Positions 12,276 to 24,875 of a stretch of 64,000 nt of DNA are shown here, piece after piece. Position numbers and translations under genes: made by a program. The notes beneath the pieces were generated by a model. That model saw only the letters and a list, made by a program, of their open reading frames with translations, was not told the DNA's origin and searched no databases. The first letter of the stretch is position 1, and each line of letters begins with the position of its first letter. Origin of the DNA: the human T2T-CHM13v2.0 reference genome, Homo sapiens; assembly GCF_009914755.1 (NCBI RefSeq), contig NC_060929.1. One strand, given 5' to 3'.

Positions 12276-13809
12276 TGTAGAGTGGACAAAAATGTTTCCC
12301 CTTCCACCCCTACAGATTGAAAGCTTTGTGACAGCACCTTCTGAGGTGTATTTTGCAGAATATTTTCTCTCCCAAAAGATGCAAATAGTAATACATTATT
12401 AAGACTCTGAGACATATTGCATTAATGAATCTGTTTAAATTTGTTTAACTGTGCATTTCTAAAATCTGTGGGACTACAGAAGCTTTTGTACTATGACATC
12501 TATTAATGGCCATTTAAACTAGGGTTTTTCCATACTTTTGAGCAGTTGTTTTATTTGTTATGTGCTGAAACTGTTAAATTAATGGGAATAAGTGAGAATA
12601 ATTATCACAACATATGTGTTTAGTTTATAAAGAATGTTTAATCTACATTAATATATATCAATATCAAAAGATTTCTTTTCCTATTAAAATTAAATGTTTC
12701 TAAAACCTAAAAATGTAAGTTAATATATTGTTTTGTTAGTGATCATTGTGACATTTGAAGTTGCTTATTGAAAATCTTTAATTAGTAATTGATATTCCAG
12801 GAAAGCCTACTATATTAGTTCTATACAATAGTTACCCAAGTTGGATTAGTTAAAACAAAGAAGAGTTTACCCAGTCATGTAGCTGGATATACACAGAAGT
12901 TCAAACCATGTCGTCAAGGATTTGTTTTCATTTCGCAGCTCTACCTTCTGTTGTATGGACTTCATTCTCAGGCAGGATGTACTGATGTCCTACAGTGTGA
13001 CAGTTTCTCTCAGAGAGGCTGAGGATGGGACAAGCACTTAGAATCTGACTGACTTCTTTCTAAAATGCATCTCCTGGTTGGATTTTATTAGCTGACAAAA
13101 GAAGTACAATATTATAACCACCATCTTTCTTTATTTAAAAATTTTAATTTTTCTATATTTTTATTAAATCTTAGGATTTTCGTTTAGGTTCTTAGTTTCT
13201 GATTCCATTCTAATAAATAAAATCTTGACTGAGGACTTGAAACTCCAAATGTTCCCAGTTACTAGTTGCAGTAACAAAAGGAGCTCTGATAAGAGTATTA
13301 TTGATGCATGTACAGTACAAGAATACTAAACATTAAAACCATTCAGGAACTTTTTAGATAAAGTTGGAAACTTAAAACATTTACAGAAATGAAATATGTA
13401 CTTAGTAATCTTTATTGCGTCCTTGTGAGGTCCTCTGCAACAAATACAAAACCCATAAAACTTATCCTCTCTATCCCCTGAAACTCATCAATAAAGGAAA
13501 ACAAAACAAAACCAAACCAAACCCCACAAAATAACACATCAAACTTTTGAGACATTTGGCCTTTAACCTGTTAAATTATTTTCTGAGGAATGTAGCCTTT
13601 AACTGTGTAGTAATTGACTGTCATAGAAAATGGTAGTCAAAATCAAATCTGTAGCTTTTGACAAATTAGTGGTCTTTTTGATGGACATTTTAGTGAATAA
13701 CCATAAAAGATGTTTTTATGTTTTCCTGCTTTATAAATAAAGGAAAGTAAAATGATGACTAGTGTTAAACAAATTACTGGCCTTAATGAAAAGCATATGA
13801 AATTTATAT

Positions 13810-14920
13810 CCAGGTTGGATATGGAAAGTCACAAGAGACCATCATTTCTTCCTAACAACCAAAATAAGCTACAAAATAGTAGTTTTTAGAAACCTCATCA
13901 GACAGCTAAGGACAGAAGTAAACCTAAATGAACCTACATCCAGAAAGTGACAGGCCTTTTACAGGAAAAAATAGACCCATGATTACTTTCATCCTCGGTG
14001 GAACTGTATGAGCAGATCAATCCTCAAAAGTTTTTAAGAGATTTGTAGCATCAGGTGTAGGCCGATGTGAAAGATTAGAATCTAGAGGAGCCTAACCCAC
14101 AGAGCGAAGCACTATCTACCCATCTACTCTTACTCAAGTGTTTTCACTGGGTGAAGCAGTAGATCAGAGAAGGAGACTTGAGAGATACTTCAGATGAAAT
14201 CCTCAATACATCAGAATGGTGGTATGTAGGGTGTGTTTCTGATGAGGGGTGTGGGCGTGGGGAGGAGTTCAGGCAGAAAAACTGAGTACTCTAGGCTTTC
14301 ACTTACAAAAGAATATAAGAGCCCCTTCCCAAACTGATTCTCTGTAGGGAATTCTGGGTCTTCACATTCTAGGGCAATGGCCCTTCAAAGACTAGGCTGG
14401 GGAATGGGTATTAGAGCTGAAAGTTGTCTTCTTAGGTACATAAAGTAGTGGGTGAGAGCAAAGAGACTTCTCTCTCCCACCCGAGAGGCTGTAAAGCTGG
14501 GAGAGATCTCCTGTATTTCCTAAAGCTGGTGGATCAGCTTTGAAGCTGAGGGAGGATGCTAGAATCTCATCATGGCTCAGCTTTATTTCTAGATGAAGGA
14601 AAACTGATCTCTCTCAAAGTATTTGAAGGCTGTGGCAATTGATTTAAACTAAAACTGTAGCAAAGGCTAGAACCAACTTATTAACTACAGCTCCAACTCT
14701 CCAGCAGCCTGTCAAAAAAAGGAGTGGGTATGTCCATTTCTTGAGGAAAATATTCTTGAATTCAGACTCTACTGTTCTTTTATACAAACTGTCTGGCCTA
14801 CAATCAAAGATTATATGACACACCAAAAAGTGAGAAATTTGACCCATAGGCAAGAAAGTAGACCCAGATCTTGGAATTATGAGATATTCGTTAATATAGC
14901 CGTTACAAAAATGCTTAGGG
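13810..14920 (+). mobile_element. Ancient L1M 5' UTR/ORF1-start fragment
   Basis: atccagaaagtgacaggcc; tgtctggcctacaatcaaagattatatgacacaccaaaaag...atcttggaattat resemble old L1M 5' regions. Confidence 0.55.
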
Positions 14921-15221
14921 ATGTAATACTTTCACTCTCATTATAAGGTATTCCTTGTCTCACAGTTTATTAGTTTAAGTCAAGTAGAAAAATTTACTGT
15001 TGTATCGTTATGTCCCTAAATTGTATTAAAAGCAGAATCTTAGTTAAGATACCTTGATAATCTAATTTATAATAGTTATGATTTTTCATACAAGCAAATT
15101 ACACAGTTGTTTACTGAGCAAAGTCAATCAGCTCTTAAGTTGTATCAGTGAGATGCTCATCAGGAAGCTGGTTGGTGTGCATCTTGTAGTACTGGATAAT
15201 TTACAAAAAACGTATTTTGGT

Positions 15222-15533
15222 GAAGGATGGATGAATAGGCAGAGCACAGAGGATCTTTAGGACAGTGTTGGCTACATGTTGTTAAACATTTGTCCAAACC
15301 CATAGAATGTACAGCAATAAGAGCAAACCCTAATGAAAACTATGGACTCTTGAGTGATAATGATCTGTCAATGAAGGTTCTCAACTGTAACACAGGCAAC
15401 ACGCTGGAGGGAGATGTTGATAATGGTGGAGGCTGTGCATGTGTGGGGGCAGAGGACATATGAGAAAATCCATTCCTTCCTCCTGCTTATGCTATGAACC
15501 TAAGACTGTTCTAAAAAGTAGTCTTTAAAAAAA
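15222..15533 (+). mobile_element. L1MC (L1MC1-like) 3' end
   Basis: atgaataggcagagcacagaggat...catttgtccaaacccatagaatgtaca...gatgttgataatgg...gaacctaagactgttctaaaaa. Confidence 0.85.
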
Positions 15534-16689
15534 TATGTTTAGCCATTTTGGTCACACATTTGGGAAAAGCACCATGGAACGTGAACTGGCTATTGAATAG
15601 GACGGGAGCTAATTATAGCCTTCTTCTTGGGTCTTATTTCCCTAGAGACATCTTATTTAAGAGATACAGAATAAAGAAAGCAAAAAGAATGATTTATGAC
15701 ATTTTACAACCTGGATCTCACCGAACTCTATTCTGTTTTACTCTAGGTTTCCTTAGCATTGTTGTTTTAAAACAAGATCTTAATAATCATTCAGATGTTT
15801 GTTTTGTGCATTTGGTTTCTAATTTCATTATTTCAGAAAATGAATATGCTTGATTTAGCAAGGGGGTTTTCTTTCTTTTAATAAATATTCTTAATATGCA
15901 AGCATCAAAGAGAAAAGACAGCATGACAAACTGAGTTACTAGAGAGTGAATACTTCTAAAATGATTTGCCTTTAGTCAGAAACCCTGTTGCTAAAACAAA
16001 TCATTTAGAAACTGTTTTAATACTGAAATTCTGTATCCTGATGGGAATAGAAGCTATCTATCTTTCATTGTGCCCAGCAAATCAGCATTTTCAAAACCTT
16101 AGGTTACTTACTTATAAATGCATTTTTTTAAAATGAAGGACATACTGATATTTACAGTATTTCATTTACATTATGAGCTGTAATGTAGAATTTTTTCAGA
16201 AGGTAGTCTTCTCTGGGGTTATAATTTCCCTGTAGTTATTTCTCACAAAATCCCTCTGAATTTTATGCCTGCTTTGCATAAGAAGCCCCTAAGATATTTG
16301 GCACTCAGCCTGGAGTTTGAGCATGAATATTATATTTTTCTTGATTCTTATTGCCTCCTGATTTTAATAAGTAGCTGGCTGTTCCTACAGAGCCAAATAA
16401 TCACTTTCATTGTTCTGTCCAAGAATGTTATTAGATTGGGTTTATTTACATAAGTCTGTGAGAAATAATATTCAGTTTTTGTTTTAAAGACCCGTTATTA
16501 ACAACAACAGTAAAGGTCTTCCTTTCACGATAGTTCAGCCTTCTCATTGGTTCATATTCAAAGGGTACCTCAGGCGAACTGTGACTAACTGCTCCAAGGA
16601 AAGTACTCATTGCCAGCCTGGTACCATGAAACTCTTCTCTGGGGTTTTCATTAATGATCAGCGTAACGCAAATGATGGGGAGTTGGACA

Positions 16690-16825
16690 AAAGTCACAGA
16701 ATTTTTGAGATGAAAATTTTATCTAGCCAGTGCCTTTCTTTTTTCTGATGTGGAAACTGAGAGCCAGGGTAGTTGAGTAATTTGCTCAGACTCATACTCT
16801 TTATCCCTTCTGACTTCAAGAACCT
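16690..16825 (-). mobile_element. MIR fragment
   Basis: gatgtggaaactgagagccag...taatttgctcagactcatac. Confidence 0.6.
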
Positions 16826-17139
16826 TATTCCTTTGCCTTAGTGCCTCCTTTCAGAACCTCACTTTGAGAACTGTTATATGCTTTTTGGTTGTCACTTTCT
16901 ACAGCAGCCAGATAGGCAGTCATTGGTTAGAGCTTTTGATCTTTGTCAGAGCCACTCCAATCAGCAGAACCTTAATTCTTGCCCTTTATATCTTTGTGCT
17001 TTAGTGCGCAGGGAATGGGGGCACTAAATGGAATATTGCAGTGAAAGAGCCTTTTTCACTGCAATTTTCTAATGAAGGATAATTTCAAAACTTGATAGGT
17101 ATGATTTTACTTTAAGTAATTTAGGTATTTTTTTAATAG

Positions 17140-17459
<320 letters not shown>

Positions 17460-17533
17460 ATAGAGTTCTTTTTAACTGATAATAGATAAACTTGTAATTA
17501 TTATGAACCAGTCTCTTAGTTTTATGTGTATGT

Positions 17534-17535
<2 letters not shown>

Positions 17536-17575
<40 letters not shown>

Positions 17576-17579
17576 ACAC
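17536..17579. repeat. (CA)n microsatellite with one interruption
   Basis: Read directly. Confidence 0.95.
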
Positions 17580-19556
17580 TGTCTCATTTAATTTTAAAAT
17601 AATGAAAAACTATTCTTAAATGAGATGCGAAACTGATACTGTACCTAGAACTTTTCTTTCAAGCCAAGGTAATAGTTGTACTTACAGCACTTTTTCTGAG
17701 CATCTCATCAGAATATTATTTTACAATTTCAGGTATTATTTAATAACATTGCTTCTCCCTTCACCCCTTCATTAGTCCCCTACTACCTCCATTGTGAGGG
17801 GCCATCCTTTTGCCAGAACTAATTCCTACACCTCCTTTATCTGGAAAATGTATCTTGCCATTACTTGAGGTGAGTAAAATGAGAGTATCACCACCAGCCC
17901 TGCCAGGCCTAAAAGCAAACTTAGGCATTGTATTCATGGCAGTTGAAGGGAAGTTTTTTAATTTTAATTTTTAAAAGTAGCCATTTGATTGTTTGATGTA
18001 AAAATCAACCTGTCAATGAATTCAGCACAGTCTGATGTGTTATTAGGTAGACTGTAATTTAAAGCTGATACTAGATGTTACATAGACAGGAACTACATGA
18101 CAAATGAGTTTCATGTTTTATTTGTAGAAATCTGGGCACCAAATGATCTGGCACTGGTTGGCATGTTTTATTAACCCTATTTGCATTTTGATTGCTGCTA
18201 TATGAAACTTAAGGTCTCATTATTATTTTTGATAATATGTTTTTAGGCCAACCTATCTATAAAGAACCTTCATATGAAAAGATGTTTTCACTAATTGTAT
18301 CCTGTCTAACACACAATATGTTATGCTTTGTAACTTAATATAAGGGAGCAATTTTTAAAGTTTTCTTTATCCCCTAACTGGACCTCTCCATTAGATAATT
18401 CTAATCCATTGGGTAATTTTAGTATTACGCACTTAGAAAATGTTTTGTTTTGATATTACCAAAGGGTTTTGGGAGAAAGCATGTGGCCAAGAATATGTAC
18501 ATTTACTGTTACAGAGATATACCCTAGGTATTGGAGACAAAAGAAACAAAAGATGTTATTTGTGACCTACTTACTTGTTTTCCAGAAGTAAAATTTGGCA
18601 TCACTAATGCTGGAAGACATACGGAATTAGTGTGCTTGACAAAAGGATCTCTTGTTCTTTTGTCTGCTGCTGATTAGCAGTTGAAATGTAGTCGTCATTG
18701 GAAAATTGACCAATACTTCCATTACAAAACCACACGTGCTTTGCTCTTGGTGCCCTTCTTATGTCCTAGTTTTGGTTTTTTTTCCTTTTTCCCTCTTTTT
18801 TTCTGCCCTCTTACCTACCCCATTCACTTATGTTTATAAAATGGATCTAAAGATTTGAAATTTTAGGAAAAGTTTCCTTCATTATGGTATATGATATTCA
18901 GAAATACACATTGTGTGGCAAATAGCAATCTGGATTTGGTAGGATTGGTGGTAGGTATGTCTGCCATTACCTTCTTATTTTACTTCATCCTCCTCCCACC
19001 CGCCTTTCTCCTCCTTATCATCAGGATCATTATGATGGTCATCATCATCATGTGAATCTTTGGGAAACTTCCTAGGTACTGAAGTGAAATTCACCTTTAA
19101 AAAATGTGTTCCATATACTTTTATTCCTGTTTTTTTTTGTGATTATTTTTTCTTATTTGAATTCCCTCCCAACTATAGTCCTATCCGAAATAGTCTGTTA
19201 AATAGGTTCCTTATAGCTTGTGTTCTTTTTTGCATGTGTTAATACTTGGTTTTCTGTGAATTTCCTTTGCATTTCTTGTTTTCATCTGTATGAATTCTAT
19301 ATGAATTGCTATATGAATTTCTATTTCTTTCTTATTGTTTCCCCCAAATCAAAACATTTGTTGAGGGGTCAGTAAAGTAAAATGCTATAGAGTTTATGTG
19401 TATTTGGTTATTTGTTATCTTGAATGTCAGGAAGTTTATATTTTATTTAGTTGGAAGACATGATGGATAAGCTGTGGATAAGTACCTAAATACATAAATG
19501 TCTATACATATTGGATAGTTTACTGTTGCTGAAGGCTTGTTTCTTAATCCCTCCAG

Positions 19557-19649
19557 GAAAGAAAGGAGAGGCTATCCAAATTTGAATCTATTCGTCATTC
19601 AATTGCTGGAATAATTAGGTCTCCAAAATCTGCACTGGGCTCTTCAGCA
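19557..19649 (+). CDS. FER: FER coding exon (probably exon 11), linker before SH2: [31 protein letters not shown]
   Basis: Acceptor ttcttaatccctccag|GAA, donor GCA|gtaagt; 93 nt, phase 0/0. The peptide is recognised as FER and joins in frame to the next exon. Too short for the ORF track; exon number is from memory. Confidence 0.95.
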
Positions 19650-19717
19650 GTAAGTAGGATTAACTCTCTGTGCTACTGAAAATGGTCATTGTCTAGCTTC
19701 TTTCTGATGCACTAATG

Positions 19718-19768
19718 AATATATATATATGTGTGTGTGTGTGTATATATATGTATATACATATATAA
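19718..19768. repeat. (TA)n(TG)n(TA)n compound repeat about 70 nt downstream of the exon donor
   Basis: Read directly. Confidence 0.88.
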
Positions 19769-20299
19769 ATTTGCACTTACAAATGGAAAGATAAGTGCAT
19801 AATTTAACTTTTTGTGTGCATATGAATCTGTCTATATATGTGTATAGTAAAATCCCATGTAACATTGACATAGGGAAGACAGAAATAAACTTGAATTATA
19901 GGCTTCCTTTACAATATACAAATAATTATGAGAAACATTTTATGTACTTTGATTCTTACTGGAATAATAGTGTAAACAATTCTTTTCTAGTGAAACATAA
20001 CCTTTTTACAGTAGGGATTACTATATATATTTTAAAAATGTATTTATGTGTATATTTATATTTTAAAGAACATTTTGATTATAAAATTGAAGTCTGTTTG
20101 ATAGATTAATCATTGAAATGTGGGTTTGGCATATCACAGTAGTGCTAGAGTATTAGTTGTCTTTAGTAACAGCAGTTTGGCCATCTCATACACATGAACA
20201 AACACACAGAAGAGTTTCTCTAAAGCATTAGTTCTTCTATTTACTTGGAGAAGGAGTTTTTTTTCCCCCTCAAACACACAGGCACTCCAGTGTATACAC

Positions 20300-21443
20300 C
20301 CCTAACAAGTACTAGTCTAATTCTGGTCCTGATGGATTTACCTACACTGGATATTTCACATAAATAAAATCATACAATATGTGACCTTTTGCATGTAGTT
20401 TCTTCCATTTATAATTCTTCCAAGGTTCATCCATGTCATACAATGTGACAGTACTTCATTCCTTTTTGTGACTGAATAATACTCCATTGTATATATTTAC
20501 CACATATTGTCTATCTATTCACCAGCTGATGGACATTTGGTTGTTTCAGCTTGTTGGCTATTATAAATAATGCTGCTATGAACGTTCGTTTTCAAGTGTT
20601 TTTCTGTGTATATGTTTTCAGTTCTCTTGGGTGTGTACCCAGGAGTAGAATTTCTGGGTTATATGGTAATAATTCTCTATTTAAGCTTTTGAGGAACTGC
20701 CAAACTGTTTTTCATGGTAATTATACCATTTTACATTCCCATTAGCAATATATGAATATTTTGATTTCTCCACATTCTTGCCAACAATTGTTATTTTAAA
20801 TGTTTTCATGTTACAGGCATTCTAGTGGGCGTGAAGTAGTATCTTACTGTAGTTTTAATTTCCATTTTCCTAATGACTAATGATGTTGAGCATTTTTTCA
20901 TGTTCTTATTGGCAGCTTATATGTGTTCTTTGGAGATGTGTTTATTAATATTCTTTGCACATTTTAAAATTGCTTATTTATTGTTGAGTTGTAAGAGTAT
21001 ATATTCTGAAAACAAACTCCTTATACATATAATCTACAAATGTTTTTTCTCACCCTTCGGATTTTTTTTCACTTTCTTGTTAATGTCCTTTAACACACCT
21101 AAGTTTTTTATTTTGATGAAGAGCAATTTATTTTTTCCTTGACTGTGTGTGCTTTTGGTTGTCAAAAAAAAATCGTCTAATCCAAGATTATGCTGATAAT
21201 TCATCTTTGTTTGTTTTCTTCTTAGAGTTTTATTCTTCCACTTATATCTTTGTTTATTATTGGTTAATTTTTGTATATGGAGTGAGGTACAGGTTCAAAT
21301 TTTTATTTATTTATTTATTTAATTTATTTATTTTTGAGATGAGGTTTCAATCTATTACCCAGGCTGGTGTTGAGTTCCTGAGCTCAAGTGATCCTCCCTC
21401 CTCGGCCCCGCTAAGAGTTCAAATTCATTCTTTTGCATATGGA
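20300..21443 (-). mobile_element. L1MB-type fragment interrupted by an Alu monomer
   Basis: aatcatacaatatgtgacctttt, caaggttcatccatgt, gatggacatttgg, gaggaactgccaaactgtttt, ctaatgactaatgatgttgagcat. Confidence 0.88.
21301..21410 (-). mobile_element. Truncated Alu monomer (FLAM-like) with (TTTA)n tail
   Basis: cccaggctggtgttgagttcctgagctcaagtgatcctcc; gttcaaatt repeated on both sides. Confidence 0.8.
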
Positions 21444-24418
21444 AGCATATTTAACTTAAAATCTTTAAAATGCAACAACTATGAATCACTGTTTATGCAA
21501 ATAAACATACAAAAATTAGAATGTTAAAGCATAATTTTAGATAAAGTAAAGCAAATGCATTATATATAGGAAAATGAAATTAGAATTAATCGCAATGGTA
21601 TTTTTACTGGACGTGACATAACGATTTACCTCTGTTTTTAACAGTATCTTTAAAATGTAGAGCTCCCTTTAAAGACAGTCTAATGGAACGCTTAGATCAA
21701 CAGTCTTGATAGAAGAAAGAACTTAAGACTTTGGCTGATAGCAGAATTTGTTTTCATCTGAATATTGTATTTGATGTCATCAGATGTTTAATATTTTTTG
21801 TTATGATCAGAATAATATTTTAATATGTTATATCAGCTACAAGCATGTGCTTTCCTTTCCAGTGTACCAAAGGGGTTAAAATCCCTATTATTAGTATCTC
21901 AGATTACTGAGGCTACAGTTACATCTAGCATCTTCCTATCTTAAGGAGGTTATAATTTTGCATTGAGAACTATTTTTCAGAGACTGCTTCTGAAGCCAAG
22001 GCCTAGAGATGTTAGACAGTATTAATTACATATTTTAAAAGCCTACTGGCAATCATGAGGGTCCATTCCAATTGAAAGTCTTTCAAACCATATTATATTT
22101 AATGAGATCTGTTCCAGTCATGTCAAGAATATTGCCCTTTTTCTAGGGCCATCTATCTACTGCAGAATTTCTATAATGAGTGGCTGAGCAAATCGCTTGT
22201 TCCATCTTACAGCCACTCATGAATACTAGTTGTATCACTGATATATGGAGTGAATAATGCCCGTCTGATAGTAGCAGTCTTTGAAAAATATTCTTTAAAA
22301 CAAAAATAAAGCACATTTTGGTCCAAATGGTTTGTTCTTTATATAGATAACAGAAGAATTATTAAATTATTCAACAGCAGTCTCCTTAAAATTCATATTT
22401 TCTACACTCTGTTGACATGGGTGCTATTTCAATTTTAGAATTACTTTGTACTAGAATTTAGAAAATCAAAATATTAGAAAATAAAAATTGCTTCCTTCAT
22501 ATAGAATAATATTGTAAGTAAGATTTGCTTGCTTGCTTGCTTTTTAGAAACATCATTCAGTTATGTTAAGTTGTACATCAGTTGTAATATAGTGTTATAA
22601 TGCTTGGCTTCCACCAGTGGCATAGGGGAATGTAGCTATTTTCATGCATGATGTGAACTGCTTGTATTTTTTAGTGTTCTCCTTTGAGTCTAGAAAAGCG
22701 GCCTTGTACTTTCTTTAATCAAGGCACGTTGTCAAGTTCAGGTTAAATAGTATACATTTTAAATATATCAGTTGTCTTCTGTTATTCTTAAGGTCTTAAG
22801 TTGCGCTTTCCCCCCATTTATTAATATGTAAAAGAGTGATAAACAAGGGAAAATAAAGATTTTTTGCATTATATCACTCTCATACACTAAATTCTGTCAT
22901 GTTTAGGAAAATTAAGTTTTGAATCACTTGCAGTATTACATGTAATTTTTCTTAAAGGACTTATTGAGATTGATATTCCATAATTTGTACTGTAATGGAA
23001 CAAATCTATTGTTTATATGTTTGCTGAAATGCTTAAAACAGATGACAGAGATCATGTCAGACTGATACTAAGTTTATACAGGCAATCCCAACTTGATGAT
23101 AAATGTTTACATTTACTGAAATATGGTTGCGTATTGACATATTGCAATGATCTGGTAGTAGTTTTAGTTGCAATGTGTGATAAGATTTTAGCATTGAATA
23201 TAGTTAATTGATGAAAATGTGTTCTTACTGATATTGTGGCACATTTTATATGTAAAATATATGGGTTTAAGGAAAGAATATTTGATACTGAATAAAATGA
23301 AACTATAGCAAAAATGTGTTAAAATGATGAGAGAGGATGAGTGAGAGTCACAGGCACAATCGTAAAAGTAACTGGGTAAAAATAATAAAGAGAGAAAAGC
23401 ATGTTATTACCAATAAATGATGAGTAAGGGAACAAAAGAAGCCGGCAAAAAAGAAGTCGGAGGAAACCCCAAAGGTACTGAAGGAAGCAGAATTGTTAGA
23501 AAGAAAGAAAGGTAAAATAAAATACATATTTTGCTAAAGATAGTGTCCCTTATCAGAGACCCAAGAAGGGGTACAAAAAGGCCAGGAAATGGGAAGCTGT
23601 GGAGGTAACCTGATACTTGAGTTTGGCTTAGTTGTCTATTTTTGTTTAATACAAGTTTTAGAAAGAATTGTGTACTAATGCTTATCTCTGATTAACATGT
23701 AATTCTTTATAGTTACTATCCTAGAGAACAGTTTTATTGTTAGCTAAAAACCAAACAAATTCAAATTCTCAAATATTGTAGTACAAAAAATTGTTAAGAA
23801 ATTTATGAATAAAAATTTTACAGCTAGTTTCATTATAGAATGTAAATATTAGGTGAAGTATTTTTTTTTGGTTAATGATACCAGTGCATGAAAAAACTGC
23901 CAATTCAGCTTTACTGCTAAAAAATCAGAATTTGTAGAATTAAAGATAGTCATTTAGTGCCAAAGACAGAACCACTATTTTAACTAATTTACATCCTGTT
24001 TGTCTATCCTGAACACAAATGATCCTGAGGTACAAATATTCGGAATATCTTATTTTTCATTATTTTAAGATTAATTCAATAGATTCAAACGGTAACTATT
24101 TAGAAATTTTTAAAAAACTGGAAGGGAGAACATTATTTTTTGTTTTCATTTTATATTAAACATTTAGTATATCTGTACAAATAAAAAAATTATGTTCAAC
24201 TATCAAACTAGAAATGGCATAAAATACACTTTCCTACCTATGATTACATTTCCCTTTCACTGCAAATAATTTTTACTACCACCAGGCACATTCGGTAGAC
24301 TAGTGTTTCCCATCTTTTGTAAACAGTTGATTTCTCATCCCCTCCCAAAATTCCTAAGTAATACATAGCTTTAAAATAAAAGGGGTCCTATGGAATTAAA
24401 AAAAAAATAAATTTATAG

Positions 24419-24834
<416 letters not shown>

Positions 24835-24838
24835 AAAT

Positions 24839-24875
24839 CTTAATCTAGTGCCTTAGACCACTTAGCCATGCTACC
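24839..24875 (-). pseudogene. 5' half of tRNA-Leu(AAG), retrocopy ending at the anticodon
   Basis: Reverse complement GGTAGCATGGCTAAGTGGTCTAAGGCACTAGATTAAG versus recalled tRNA-Leu-AAG GGTAGCGTGGCCGAGCGGTCTAAGGCGCTGGATTAAG: 31/37, all transitions, 5 of 6 at CpG. Confidence 0.85.

Noticed and set aside
19289-19325. Three copies of tatgaatt(n)cta upstream of the exon
   Set aside because: Short slippage repeat; no evidence of function.
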